From an uncultured virus (IMG/VR IMGVR_UViG_3300003690_003362) (lineage: Duplodnaviria > Heunggongvirae > Uroviricota > Caudoviricetes), in IMG/VR virus record IMGVR_UViG_3300003690_003362: DNA of 37,893 bases; one strand, written 5' to 3'. Position numbers and translations under genes: made by a program. This document shows positions 20,127 to 31,122 of the stretch, piece after piece. Every line of letters starts with the position of its first letter. Position 1 is the stretch's first letter. The notes below the pieces were generated by a model. It was given only the letters and a program-made list of their open reading frames with translations, did no database searches and was not told the DNA's origin.

Positions 20127-22136
20127 TTATTCTACATCAGTTAAGTCTTTTTCAACTCTAAATCTAAAAATCTCTGGTTGTTCAACATATTTGCCATTCA
20201 AATAATAAGCATATTTAAACGCATACATGTTATCAGCCTCAAGCATAGACATGTCAAAATCAAAATAACTTCCACTAACATCGTATGATAATCTAGTATG
20301 ATTTAAACTGCCGGTGCCGAATTCTGCTATTGTCAAATCATCTTTAATTCGAATTACTTTATAGTATGCATCCTCAACATTTTCAACTTCTGCAGTTGTA
20401 GTTGCTTTAGAATAAATAGTTGGATTCCAATCTTTTTTTCTTGTGAATATTCTCAATCTAGCCGTCTCTAAATTAGAATATATTGCTTTAAGATTTAGCA
20501 TAGAGGTGGCATAATTATCATTTGGATTCATATCATAAGAGTCGAAATTTTTAGGCGTGATTTTAGAACCTGTATGTTGTGTTGCGCCGCTAACTTTCCA
20601 AACATCAAATAAATATGGTTTTGTAGTAGTTGGTTTGTTGTCATCAACAGCAAACGAAACAGAATATATACCAGTCGATGCGCGAGTTGCGCTAATGCTG
20701 GTTTGATTAGAATTATCAGATTGTTTTCTCATGTTAATTAGAGTTTCCGGAAGTGCGCCAGAGCCTATATACATTTCAATCGTAGGAACAACACTATCGT
20801 CACCTTGTATATCTTTTAATTGACCTCTAATATAGTTATAAAAATACAAAGTATTCACTGATTCAGCTGGAGCTAAAGAACTACTTAGATAAAAACTAGC
20901 TCTATTATCTTTTTTAGAGTTGTCCCAACGCGCTTCAAGCAATGGTCTTTTAAAGAAAAATTCAGACCCTCTTGCAAAAAACCTCTTTGTATAATAAGAT
21001 CTTACCGAGCCTGAAGGATTGTGTAATCTACCATTTGTTTCATCGCCTGTGTGTTTGCCTTCTTGGGTACCTGTTAAAAATAAACCCACTCCATAACGCG
21101 CAGAAGATTTATCTGGCAGGGCGCCGCCAGCAGCATATAGCCATTGTTCAGCTAATCTTGTAATATCAATTTCTAGATCTTCTGTTCCTTTTGTAAAGGT
21201 TTGATTAAAAGTCGACTTTCTATCAAAATCATAATCTCCTCCTGGTCTTGACCATGGGCCGTCACCGCCAGTGAAAGTGGCTTCAAGTAGAAGCGCGTTT
21301 TCGAACCCGGTGTTCGCTGCGAGGACATTTGCCACATTTCCACCCGCACCAACGTCGTCCAGGGTTAGGGTGATATCGGTGTTATTTGTACCTTCAGCAG
21401 CAGTTAAACCAATCGTTCCAGCCGCAAGAACCGATCCATTGGCTCCACCTCCATAACCTACCGCAGCGTGCACGGTTCCATTTATAGCATCTATAACAGC
21501 TGCAGCGGCCTTGGCTGGTGTGTTTGCAGTATCTAACGCGATTCCAAAATTACCAGCTCCGGCCCCGGCAACAGCAGTATCAACAAACTTAAACGAATGG
21601 GCGGTTGCATCGCCTCCGGCGGCGGCAGGAACAGTCATTGTAAACTCATCACTAACAGCAACACCTGTGGTATCAATCGCGTCAACTAACGTAGCTGCAG
21701 TAAGATCTCCATTTGCATTTGTCCAATTAACGCCTTCTCCATCTTTTGTTTTGTCTGTATATCCTTCCATATCTAAACCAAAGCCTTCTTCCCAATCTGC
21801 TGTCACCGCAGAGGCTGAAAGAGTAAAATTAGAAGGAAGCGAAGAACCATGTTTTGCATTAAACAGTCTTAAATAAAAATTAACACTTCCTGATGCTGGA
21901 ATGTCACCGCTTGCTCTGTCTACTACAATATCTGCAATGGGGAAATTAACAAGAATTCTTGATAATTCTGTTGTTTTCGATTGGCTAGATCCACTGACTG
22001 TTTGACCATAAATTGAATAAACCTCTAAAATATCAGAAGCTCCTATGTTAGATCCAGTTGCGCGGGTTTTTAAATCATAACCAAAAGCATTTGTTATTGT
22101 TGTGTCTGCATCTGCTGTATATCGTTTTATAGCCAT
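20127..22136 (-). CDS. Structural protein (669 aa) with a DNRLRE/CBM96-like domain interrupted by the domain cassette
   Basis: ADTTI...SRILVNF...YLRLFN...VTADWEEG...NWTNA [insert] PWSRPGGDY...IDITRLAEQW...RPLLEARW matches the DNRLRE motif order. Confidence 0.65.
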   Translation of the reverse strand: MAIKRYTADADTTITNAFGYDLKTRATGSNIGASDILEVYSIYGQTVSGSSQSKTTELSRILVNFPIADIVVDRASGDIPASGSVNFYLRLFNAKHGSSLPSNFTLSASAVTADWEEGFGLDMEGYTDKTKDGEGVNWTNANGDLTAATLVDAIDTTGVAVSDEFTMTVPAAAGGDATAHSFKFVDTAVAGAGAGNFGIALDTANTPAKAAAAVIDAINGTVHAAVGYGGGANGSVLAAGTIGLTAAEGTNNTDITLTLDDVGAGGNVANVLAANTGFENALLLEATFTGGDGPWSRPGGDYDFDRKSTFNQTFTKGTEDLEIDITRLAEQWLYAAGGALPDKSSARYGVGLFLTGTQEGKHTGDETNGRLHNPSGSVRSYYTKRFFARGSEFFFKRPLLEARWDNSKKDNRASFYLSSSLAPAESVNTLYFYNYIRGQLKDIQGDDSVVPTIEMYIGSGALPETLINMRKQSDNSNQTSISATRASTGIYSVSFAVDDNKPTTTKPYLFDVWKVSGATQHTGSKITPKNFDSYDMNPNDNYATSMLNLKAIYSNLETARLRIFTRKKDWNPTIYSKATTTAEVENVEDAYYKVIRIKDDLTIAEFGTGSLNHTRLSYDVSGSYFDFDMSMLEADNMYAFKYAYYLNGKYVEQPEIFRFRVEKDLTDVE
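21264..21695 (-). repeat. Copy 2 of dispersed in-frame domain cassette (144 codons, ATLVDAIDTTG...ATFTGG)
   Basis: Aligns with 1236-1679; GC-rich relative to its flanks. Confidence 0.95.
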
Positions 22137-23947
22137 TATTTAACAGTTCCTTTGATATCTAACAGTGGAAATTTTATTTCAAAAATAGCATTTTGTGGAA
22201 TTGCCAAATATCTTCCATCAGGTGAAGTAAAATAATCCACATCATAAGATATTTGTGAATATTTACTATCATACTTCTGTATTATTTTCACATTCGTAGT
22301 ATCTGCAACTCCCACTACGCGATTCAAAGTTTGATATATGTCTGTATAATATATTGGTTCTCCAATATCAAATATATAATCCCTATATTTGTTTCTAAGT
22401 GCGGTAGTTGCTTGCTCTAAAACTTCAAATTTGTTTGATTTTCTTCTGCTTACAAGAGCAAATTCAATCCCAATATTGACAATTTCTGCATCTAATATAT
22501 CAATTGTGTCGTTTATCATTTTATGCCGACTAATCCAAGTCTTTAGGTTTCTTTTTAAAGTATCATTTGCTTGTATAAGTGTTTGATTAGATGCTTCAGA
22601 TAAAATATACATATTTAAATTTCTTTTAAAGGAGTCAACATCGCGAATAACATGACATTTTTTAATGGCGCCAAATTGGGGAGACATCCTATATGCTAAT
22701 TGTTTGTAATCTGTTAATGTAACTGCTCGATTTTGCGAAGAAAAAGTACTTTTAATTCTTTGTTTTAGTTCTTTTACCGTAGGTACCGTAATATCCCCTA
22801 ACAAAGGCTCATCATTATCAACTTCTATAGAACTTAAAACTTGACTTACTTCAGAAGAAAGTAAGGCAGCGCCATCTAAAACGGACGGGAACTCCATATT
22901 TGAAAACTGAATATTTTTAATCGTATTCGTAGCTGCATTAACATTATCAATGGAATTTTTTCTATATCTTACTGTCAAAGTTGTATTAACGGGGCTTACA
23001 CCAAATTTGTCTGTAGAAAGCAAATTTGAAGGATCAAAAGATGTGTCTGTAATATAGTCCTTTCCGTGTATACTTAATATTACTTTGCTTGGATCTTGTA
23101 CAGCTTGTGTTTCTGCTGATAATTGATCTAAAGAGCCATGTCCAAATTGTAAAAATGTCCTACTATATTCTTTTACTACAGTAAATCTTCTTGGCACCGC
23201 ATATGCTTTTAAAATACTCGGAACAGATGTTTTATCTGAATTTGTATTTCTAACTGGGAGATATACTACATCCTGTGAAAGCTCGTCTACTTCATGCCAT
23301 ATTTTACCTTCACTGTCTATTATAGATAGAACTTCAGATATGTTTTCAGTGGGTATTTCTACTCTTAAAAAGGGAATATGGGTGCCAATTTCAACTAATT
23401 GTAAACCATATTCTCCAGAAATAACTAAACCTTTAGCTTTAATGGCATAATAAGTTGTTAATGATGTAGTTTCATCAAATTTAGCTGCAATAATATCATG
23501 TTTTTCATCTGAAAAGTCAATGTCTTCTACTAAAGTGAATAAATCACCAGAATCGCTAGAAAAAGTGCTTCCTTTTTTTAACAAAGGAAAATAGTCACTA
23601 TCAACACCAATTCCATTAGCATTCGCGGGTACTAATATATAAATCATTACATAGCCGTGCGACGACGGATTTGGATTATACTTATATCCTAATTCGCGAC
23701 CGTGCCTAATAACGTTTTCAAATTCTGATGCCGTATCTAAAAATGACTCATTTGCCTGATAGTCTAAATAAAATGATAAAATATCGCCAGTATATGCAAC
23801 TGTGTCAAGCATTAACGCACCAAATGATGCCTTGTTAAAATCTTTAAAACTATTGGGATAATACCTTTTGGCATAATTAACTAAATCGTTTTTAATTGAG
23901 TTGAAATCTCTACTGGTATATTTGATTGGTACTTGTTTTTCTTGCAT
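22136..23947 (-). CDS. gp6: Baseplate wedge subunit, T4 gp6 / baseplate J-like (603 aa)
   Basis: YTSRDFNSIKNDL...DF...LDTVAYTGDILSFYLDYQANESFLDTA...LGYK and QNRAVTLTDY; follows gp25. Confidence 0.9.
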   Translation of the reverse strand: MQEKQVPIKYTSRDFNSIKNDLVNYAKRYYPNSFKDFNKASFGALMLDTVAYTGDILSFYLDYQANESFLDTASEFENVIRHGRELGYKYNPNPSSHGYVMIYILVPANANGIGVDSDYFPLLKKGSTFSSDSGDLFTLVEDIDFSDEKHDIIAAKFDETTSLTTYYAIKAKGLVISGEYGLQLVEIGTHIPFLRVEIPTENISEVLSIIDSEGKIWHEVDELSQDVVYLPVRNTNSDKTSVPSILKAYAVPRRFTVVKEYSRTFLQFGHGSLDQLSAETQAVQDPSKVILSIHGKDYITDTSFDPSNLLSTDKFGVSPVNTTLTVRYRKNSIDNVNAATNTIKNIQFSNMEFPSVLDGAALLSSEVSQVLSSIEVDNDEPLLGDITVPTVKELKQRIKSTFSSQNRAVTLTDYKQLAYRMSPQFGAIKKCHVIRDVDSFKRNLNMYILSEASNQTLIQANDTLKRNLKTWISRHKMINDTIDILDAEIVNIGIEFALVSRRKSNKFEVLEQATTALRNKYRDYIFDIGEPIYYTDIYQTLNRVVGVADTTNVKIIQKYDSKYSQISYDVDYFTSPDGRYLAIPQNAIFEIKFPLLDIKGTVK

Positions 23948-23964
23948 CGTTAAAACCTTTTATC

Positions 23965-24357
23965 CTAAATAGTATTGTCGACTAATATCTCCAGAACATC
24001 TGCTATTTGCAAGGGCTTAATAAAGTATCTAATTTCCAATTTAATTAAATTAGAATCCATAAGCGAATCTGAATCTGGAGAAAATAGTAGCGCTTGAACC
24101 TCTAAAAATGGCATATATTTGCCAACTTGTTCTTTAATTCTCAATAATATTGCTGAATGTGTTACGTCTGTATTTGGTTCAAATAGAAAATTTCTAATTC
24201 CCACTCCAAAATCGACATCCATTATCCGTTCGCCAGGCGCTGTTAAAATTAAATTTTTTAAATTTTGTGTAACTACTTCCGCATACGTTTTATTTAAGGC
24301 GTAACCATCTGCTGGATCCTTTGAAACTGGTAGTTGTGGTGAAAGTCCTTTGGCCAT
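23965..24357 (-). CDS. gp25: Baseplate wedge/sheath-initiation protein, T4 gp25 / GPW family (130 aa)
   Basis: QNLKNLILTAPGERIMDVDFGVGIRNFLFEP signature; strong SD AAGGAGG. Confidence 0.92.
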   Translation of the reverse strand: MAKGLSPQLPVSKDPADGYALNKTYAEVVTQNLKNLILTAPGERIMDVDFGVGIRNFLFEPNTDVTHSAILLRIKEQVGKYMPFLEVQALLFSPDSDSLMDSNLIKLEIRYFIKPLQIADVLEILVDNTI

Positions 24358-24465
24358 GTTATCTCTCCTCCTTAGTAATTATCTCATAAATTTAAATTCT
24401 TCCAATATGGACATAAATCATTTCCAATTGGTTTTGCCCAATCGTGATTTTCTGTTGAAGTGGAG

Positions 24466-27400
24466 CTAGTCCTCGTCGTCAGCGCCATCACCTTCGGCGG
24501 CGGCTGCGGCTGCGGCTGCTGCGGCGGCGGAAATGTACCAGGGCATGCCGTCATCTTCGTCAGCGCCATCACCTTCGGCGGCGGCTTTGGCGGCTNNNNN
24601 NNNNNNNNNNNNNNNNNNNNNNNNNNNNNNNNNNNNNNNNNNNNNNNNNNNNNNNNNNNNNNNNNNNNNNNNNNNNNNNNNNNNNNNNNNNNNNNNNNNN
24701 NNNNNCAGCGGAAATGTACCAGGGCATGCCGTCATCTTCACAATCAAGGAGATTATTAGGCGGTGGTGGCGCACCAGGCGCGGGTGTGCAGTTATCATTG
24801 CTAAATATATGTGTAAGCCACTTATCAGGGTCTAAAATTGAATGGGCCCAAGCGACTGCGCCAGCGCGGGTGGCCGGAAAGACGCGCCAACTTGGATCAA
24901 CTATATCAACCCAATTTTTTAAAACTGATATAGGTGTTCTCAAAAGCGATTTTAATATTACAGATGCGGTACCAATACCGAGACTTTCCATCATTGAATA
25001 ATGATCATTAAGACAAGGGGGATTTTGTAATAATTCTTCCAAGCTTAAATTATTAGGAGTATAATTATGATTGTGTGCATTCATGGCAATATAAAAATTG
25101 TCTCTCAACATTGTTTTTGTATCTCTAAACAGGCCACCAGAAAATCTATCATATTCTTTCATGCCTAAAGTTTGCAAAAAGATTAAAAGGCTATTTAACA
25201 TTAATGCATTGTCAAGATTAATTGTATCTTGAAATAGTTCTTTAAATGAAAGACTTTGAATCATTTTAGTATACAAGGCGCCTATAGGAAAATCTTTATG
25301 AATGTCTTGATAGGTGAAATAAGATAAAGGCGCAACATCATTTTGAATTCCAACAGGAACTTTAACATCTATTAGTGGCATTGTATAATAACGTCTTGTT
25401 TGAACGCTTTCTTCTAGATATGTTTCGATCTCGCTTTCTTCTAGATATGTTTCGATCTCAACTACTTCTACAAGTCTTTCTTCAATTTTATATGTTTTAT
25501 CTCTTTTAATAAGAGAATCGTTCTCGTTTTCCATTTCCGGAGTTACATCTTCTGGAAAGACATATACTAAGCGTAAACCATATTCCCACTGATCAAAGAA
25601 TTCTGTATGTGGAATTGTTGCTTGTTCTGTGTTTTGTAATCTAAAATTTAAGTTTTCACTTCCAAAAAAATCATTCCAATCCTTAATATTCAATTTTACA
25701 CCTTGTTTAAGATGATCTGCAGACCCAAGATTCTTCGGTATTGTTATCTCTGATACATTTTCTAATAATTGGCCGGTTTTAACAGCCTGGGCTGCAGCGA
25801 TTGTAGCTTGTATTGCTATCCACTGTTCTGCGGTGGCGCCTGATGGAATAAGTTCAGGATGATCATTATAAAACAGTTCTGCCTGTAAATACACCTTGTC
25901 ATATAATTCAGTTAATTCATCTGATGTCATCCCACTTATATCGTAAGATAAGGCTATATCTTTGTTTTGTTTTACATAGATATATGGTTCTATAATAAAA
26001 CCGCCTTTGGTCAGTAGTTTGTTACCGAGTGCGCTTTTTACAATATCAACTTCACCTGACAGCACGGTTTCCAAGGCGGCGTCGGGTTCCTCGCTAACAG
26101 GAATGGTGTGGTAGAGTTCTTCGTGTTTCCAGAGCCTGGGTCTGAAATGTAATTCGCCATCTTTTGTAGATAAGCTTGGCATTAAATCAAAAAAGCTTTT
26201 TCCTTCACTAATAATCCATTCTTGTTTGTGTTCAAATTGTTGCAAAAACCAAATATAAAAACTCTCTATTGGTATATTGAAAGAATCAAAAACTTTATCT
26301 TGAAAATAGCCGCTAACCATAATAAGTTGTTCTTTGATTAAATATTTAAGAGCATTAATATCATAAGGATCTTCTGAAAGTGTAAATTCTTGATTCGGGT
26401 CAAGAGGATCAACTAAAATTTCATTTTGTTTGGCGGCGGCGCGTATTCGCGATTGCATTGTATTATAAGCCGCATTGATTATATGAGAATGAAATTTAGG
26501 AGTAAAGGAATCACCAAAGCCAGGTAATGCAGGAACAGGAGGGTATTCTACATATTTTTTATCAATGGCGTTCTTATTAGAGATTCCATAAGTAAGATTG
26601 CCGCTTTTCGGAGTATATTCTTGTCCATATATAGTTTGTCTAGTTTTAACGACGGCGGCGCGGTCGACCTCTGAAAGATCCCTTATCATTGTATCTAATA
26701 TAAACTGAACAATAGGGTCATATTGTAAAGCATCCCCAATTTTAAAAGCAAAAATTATTGGTAAAAGACGTAGTGAGGCCTCAAAAGCATATATACGAGT
26801 TAAGATTGATACAATACCTTCAGAAGATGCTTTAAAAAAATTAGAAGGCGCAGAATTAACACAATGTTTTTCTTCATCATCGCATGCTAATTCTTCATTT
26901 CTTTTCTTAACATATTTCTTTATTTGTTCAACCTTTAATATGCTACTATCTTCTGCAGGGTCACAGATTTCATTACTAGAGTGAACAAGTTGTTTGTTTT
27001 GTATTTCTGAAAATAATTCTAGAATCACTTCACGAGATAACTTTTCTGCAGTTTGGGGGAAAAACTTCTCTGCAAACTCTTTTGCGGCCCAAAGGGGAGT
27101 TTGAGATCCAAGATTGTTGGCTATTGTGTTTAAACAAAAAGCAGTGGTATCTGTGAATAAAGTCTGCAACTTTTTGTCGCCAATTAATATGTCTGAAACC
27201 GGAGACCAATTTGCTTTAAACAATTCAAGAAAATTAAAAATCTCATAGTTATTCGCTGCGCCTTTAATAAAAAATCGATTTTTGTGGTGGACCTTTTTGC
27301 CCGCAGGATACTCGTAGCGAGTGGTTACTATCTTACTTGCATATGCGCCTTGCTGCTCCATTTGAAAGAAATAATTCAGGGAGATTATAGGTGTTTTTGG

Positions 27401-30400
27401 GTCACTGAGCGCAAAGTGCACATTTGCACTAAAAAGTTCCGCTGGTTGAAATGGGTCTTCAAATAAATTGTTAGACACCAAAGAGTTTTTTATTGTGTTT
27501 AAAACCGGAGGAGGGTTAAAGCTTGGATTGTCGACATTCAACACTATCTTACCATTTTCGGAATGCCAATTGGCATTGAGTCCCTCAGCGCCGGGGGTGT
27601 CGAAAGTCTGACCCTGACCACCTTTAGGCATTCCCAAGGCGGACCAATTGAATCCACCGGCGGCTCCGGTGGAGAGGGGCATAATTCTCGGCGGGGCAAT
27701 TGCGGCAATAACGTCCCTCAAATCCGATTTAAATATAATTTCTAATGGTTCAATCATTTGATTTAAAACCATATCGTTAATCATATCCATCGGTTCTACG
27801 ACCAAAGGAAGGGCATTTGGATCATTATCACAACTTGAAGGAAGGTCAGTATCTAAACCTGATGTAGCTAAATCTATTAAATCTTTAATTCTATTAAGTC
27901 TATCAATTTTCTCTTTTCTTATTAAATTGTCAATTTGTTCTTCTGTGGCGTTTCCACTTAATAAGCTTTCTCGTATAGAAATTACTTCGGGTGTTGGTTT
28001 ACAATCTTGATAAAGTTGTGTTGAAAATCCTTTCGAGCCTGAATCTGTTACTTCTTCACAATGTTCTAATTTAGCATATTTTTTAAATTGTGCAAAAAAT
28101 TCAATTATTTTAACTTTAGAAAGAGAGGATTCTTGACCTTTTAGTGCTTCATAAAGAGAAGGATATTTAATTTTAAGAAGATTTCTAGCTAGTGTAATAA
28201 CCTGTTCTGATGGATTACCTTTTATTAAAGAACACAATTCTGCTGGGGTTAACAAAGATTCTAAATCTTCCATTGCTCCTAGTATTGATTCTAAACCTTC
28301 CACTGTCGCAAGGCCAGACTGAGTTAAAGAAGCGGCTATTTCTTTTGCAACTGCATAGGGAGAATTGGCTAAAATATCTTTAAATTTTGCTTGACCCGGT
28401 ATTTTATCGGAATCTGTATCATAAAGAGAGTTTAAAGCATCTGCTTTAAGTTTATTACAAGCTTCTATTAATTCCATCAATGCAACTTTAACGGTCTCTA
28501 AAATAATACGAGATACAAGATGTATTGCTATATCTTGTAATAATCCAACTAGCGCTTTGCCCATACCATCGACTGAAAGTCGCGGTTTAAGTGATGAGAG
28601 AAATCGTTGAAGCTTTTCTTCTGTTACCTCTTTATCTTTGAAATATTCTCCGGAAAAAACACTTCTCAAAAATTCATAAGCTTCTGCAGAATATTGTATT
28701 ATAGTTCTACATATTTGAGCTTTAAGATATGGATCAACTATTGAAGAAATAACATTTTGAAAATCATTAATTTCTTGACGGCTAATTTCTTCTCTAGCAG
28801 TTGGGAGGGCTCCTCCGGTTTCAAAAACAGTTCTAAGGTGCCATATATCTAATTCAATTAATTGTATTTGATTATTAATCTTTGATAGTTCTCCCTCCGG
28901 ATCACAAAGAGTTTCATTGTTTTTTAAATCATCAAGTTCTGAATATAAATCAGTTCTTTTTTGTTTTAATTTATTATATTCTTCTCTAAAGATATTCTTT
29001 TTAGCTTCTCGCTGACTAAGAAAATTAGTCGCAGTTGGAGAACTACCAAATAACAATTGAGCTATATCTTTATCTATTTTTTGTAAATTATGTATTATAA
29101 CATCTATACCAAGATTTGACACAGCATATTGACATGCTATTTCCAGCCAATCCATGGGATGTATACACCTTAAAAGTTCATTAGTAAGTGCTCGAAAATC
29201 AGAATTATTAAGAACTTTCGTATATACATCATCAAGGGCTTGTGGCCCTGATTTTATTTTAAAAGTTTCAATAGCTGCAGGCAAACGATAAAAATAAGGA
29301 TCACCAGCGAAAATAGAAGAATTATCTAGATAAAGCAAATGATTATTCATAAAGGATTTACTAGCCACTTGTTCTTCTGATAGTTCTTCTAAAGGAATTG
29401 TTCTCCTAACTTCTTTTGTTTCGATATTAAAAGGATAAGTGTATTCTTTAATAAATTTTGGTAATGGCATAACGGGAGAAGTACGCATATCGGGCAAGGC
29501 ACCCATAATTATTTTAGCTAATTCCGGTGTGGCTACGCCATTATTAACATTGTTTGGACCATGTAATTTTGATATATATCCAACAGTCATAGGACGTTGT
29601 ACTGCGTCAGTGTTAAAAAATTGTTTCATGGCTATTGAAGGTGTATTTAAGAATCGCGAATCTTCAATACCGCCAAAAGAAAGACGACCAATAGCAACAG
29701 AACCTCCAGGTGTTGGTACACCTTTTGCAAATTTGTCTTTAGCACAATATTCACGCACATAAGAAACGGTCCAACTATCAGTTACTCCAATTTCTATAAT
29801 ATTATCAGGCCTTCTTTCTCCACATACCTCAAACCATGGTGAATCTTTTGTTTCTGTGATAAGAATATCAAGAGCTGCTAAAAAATCTTTAATATATTGT
29901 ATTTCTTTTTCAAAGTCTATATCTGGTTGTCTCGGAGCTTCTGCAGAAACATACAAAGTAGTCTGCTTTCTAAGTACTTCATAATATTGTAAAATCTTAA
30001 TGATATTATTGAGATTGTTTTCATATGAATCTATTCGTGTAATAATTGAGTTTTTTAATAATAAATCATCAGCATCAAGCGCAGGATCAAGATCTAACAA
30101 CTCATCTAGCGCTTCGGCGCGGATGCCCATCAAAAATTTTAGACCAGGGTTTACTGAATGAATATCTGAATCGGCACTAGAAATTCTAACTTGGATATCA
30201 TAATCACCAAATTCAACATTGTTTTTAACCCAATCAACTCTCTTCTTTTTAGACCAATCACACGGCCATGTTTTGCCTAAAACAGATAAAATACCGGCAT
30301 TTACTAAATCAGCCCAATCCATGTGCGTAGTACTAATATCTCTTAATAGTTCAAAATAATAAGGTATCCCAGCTTCTGGTGTCCAATTGCTTCTTTTCGT

Positions 30401-30709
30401 ATCTGGCCAAAGAAGATCTGGATTGTTTTTAAAAAACTCATTTTGATGAACAAAAGCAGTAATGTATGTATTCCAATCAATTGTATATACAAGCCATTCA
30501 GGATGTTTATATAAAGGAAGAACCTGGCTTTTTTTATCATCTAATTGGGGAACAGAATCTCCTAATAACGGTTTATTATCAGCATATATTATAGAGGGTA
30601 TTCTCTTCCATTGATAGTTCACTTCTGCAACGGCTTTAGCAAACTCTTTAATGAGTCCAGACTCTAATATAGCATCTTCACTTAACCACTTTTCTTCCCA
30701 ATGACCCAT
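24466..30709 (-). CDS. Giant, largely helical protein (>2000 aa) between spike and gp25; function unknown; 3' end spans the N-gap
   Basis: SD AAGAGG and about 6 kb of open frame. After the gap the same peptide repeat (EDDGMPWYISA) continues in the frame ending at TAG 24466, so the track end at 24569 is probably a gap-size artefact. Confidence 0.75.
24469..24739. repeat. GC-rich 81-nt tandem repeat (EDDGMPWYIS-A11-EGDGAD) flanking a 110-N scaffold gap
   Basis: agcgccatcaccttcggcggcggc at 24481 and 24562; gcggaaatgtaccagggcatgccgtcatcttc occurs on both sides of the gap. Confidence 0.9.
25405..25459. repeat. Exact 27-nt in-frame tandem duplication (EIETYLEES x2)
   Basis: cgctttcttctagatatgtttcgatct at 25405 and 25432. 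Confidence 0.97.
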
Positions 30710-30723
30710 TTTGTTCCTCTTAA

Positions 30724-31050
30724 TTAATTAGTTTTATTATAACGACTACAAATATAGTTTGGAGCGCTTGCAAAAATAAATTCACCTTCCAGTGCTTGCA
30801 AATTTTGCAGTTGACGTTGCAGTGAAGCCATAGATTTACTAGTAAGTTTAGCATTTACATTAAACGCTTCGGTTATGTTCGGTACGTTTGGTATTATCAT
30901 TCTAGATAATACCGGCGGTGGGTGCATGTGGTTTCCATAGTGTTTACTCAAACGCATCACTTCAAAAATCACTCCCTGTAAAATACTATTTGTATCTCTC
31001 AATTCTTCAACCACTCTACTCAAGCAGAGTCTTAATTTGTCACCTTTCAC
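30724..31050 (-). CDS. C-terminal part of putative central spike (helical segment plus HxH motif); in frame with 31123-31731
   Basis: HYGNHMHPPP (HMH at 30922-30930) resembles the HxH metal site of P2 gpV/phi92 gp138 spikes. Frame is open from 31122; the GTG start has no convincing SD. Confidence 0.6.
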   Translation of the reverse strand: MKGDKLRLCLSRVVEELRDTNSILQGVIFEVMRLSKHYGNHMHPPPVLSRMIIPNVPNITEAFNVNAKLTSKSMASLQRQLQNLQALEGEFIFASAPNYICSRYNKTN

Positions 31051-31122
31051 TAAAGGTTCTAATTCTTGGGCTCGGCCTCCTGCAATTATATCAATACCAG
31101 GGATCGATGATATTGCAACTCC

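Noticed and set aside
24569..24705. Apparent frameshift and track stop at 24569 in the giant ORF
   Set aside because: Depends on the arbitrary 110-N gap length.
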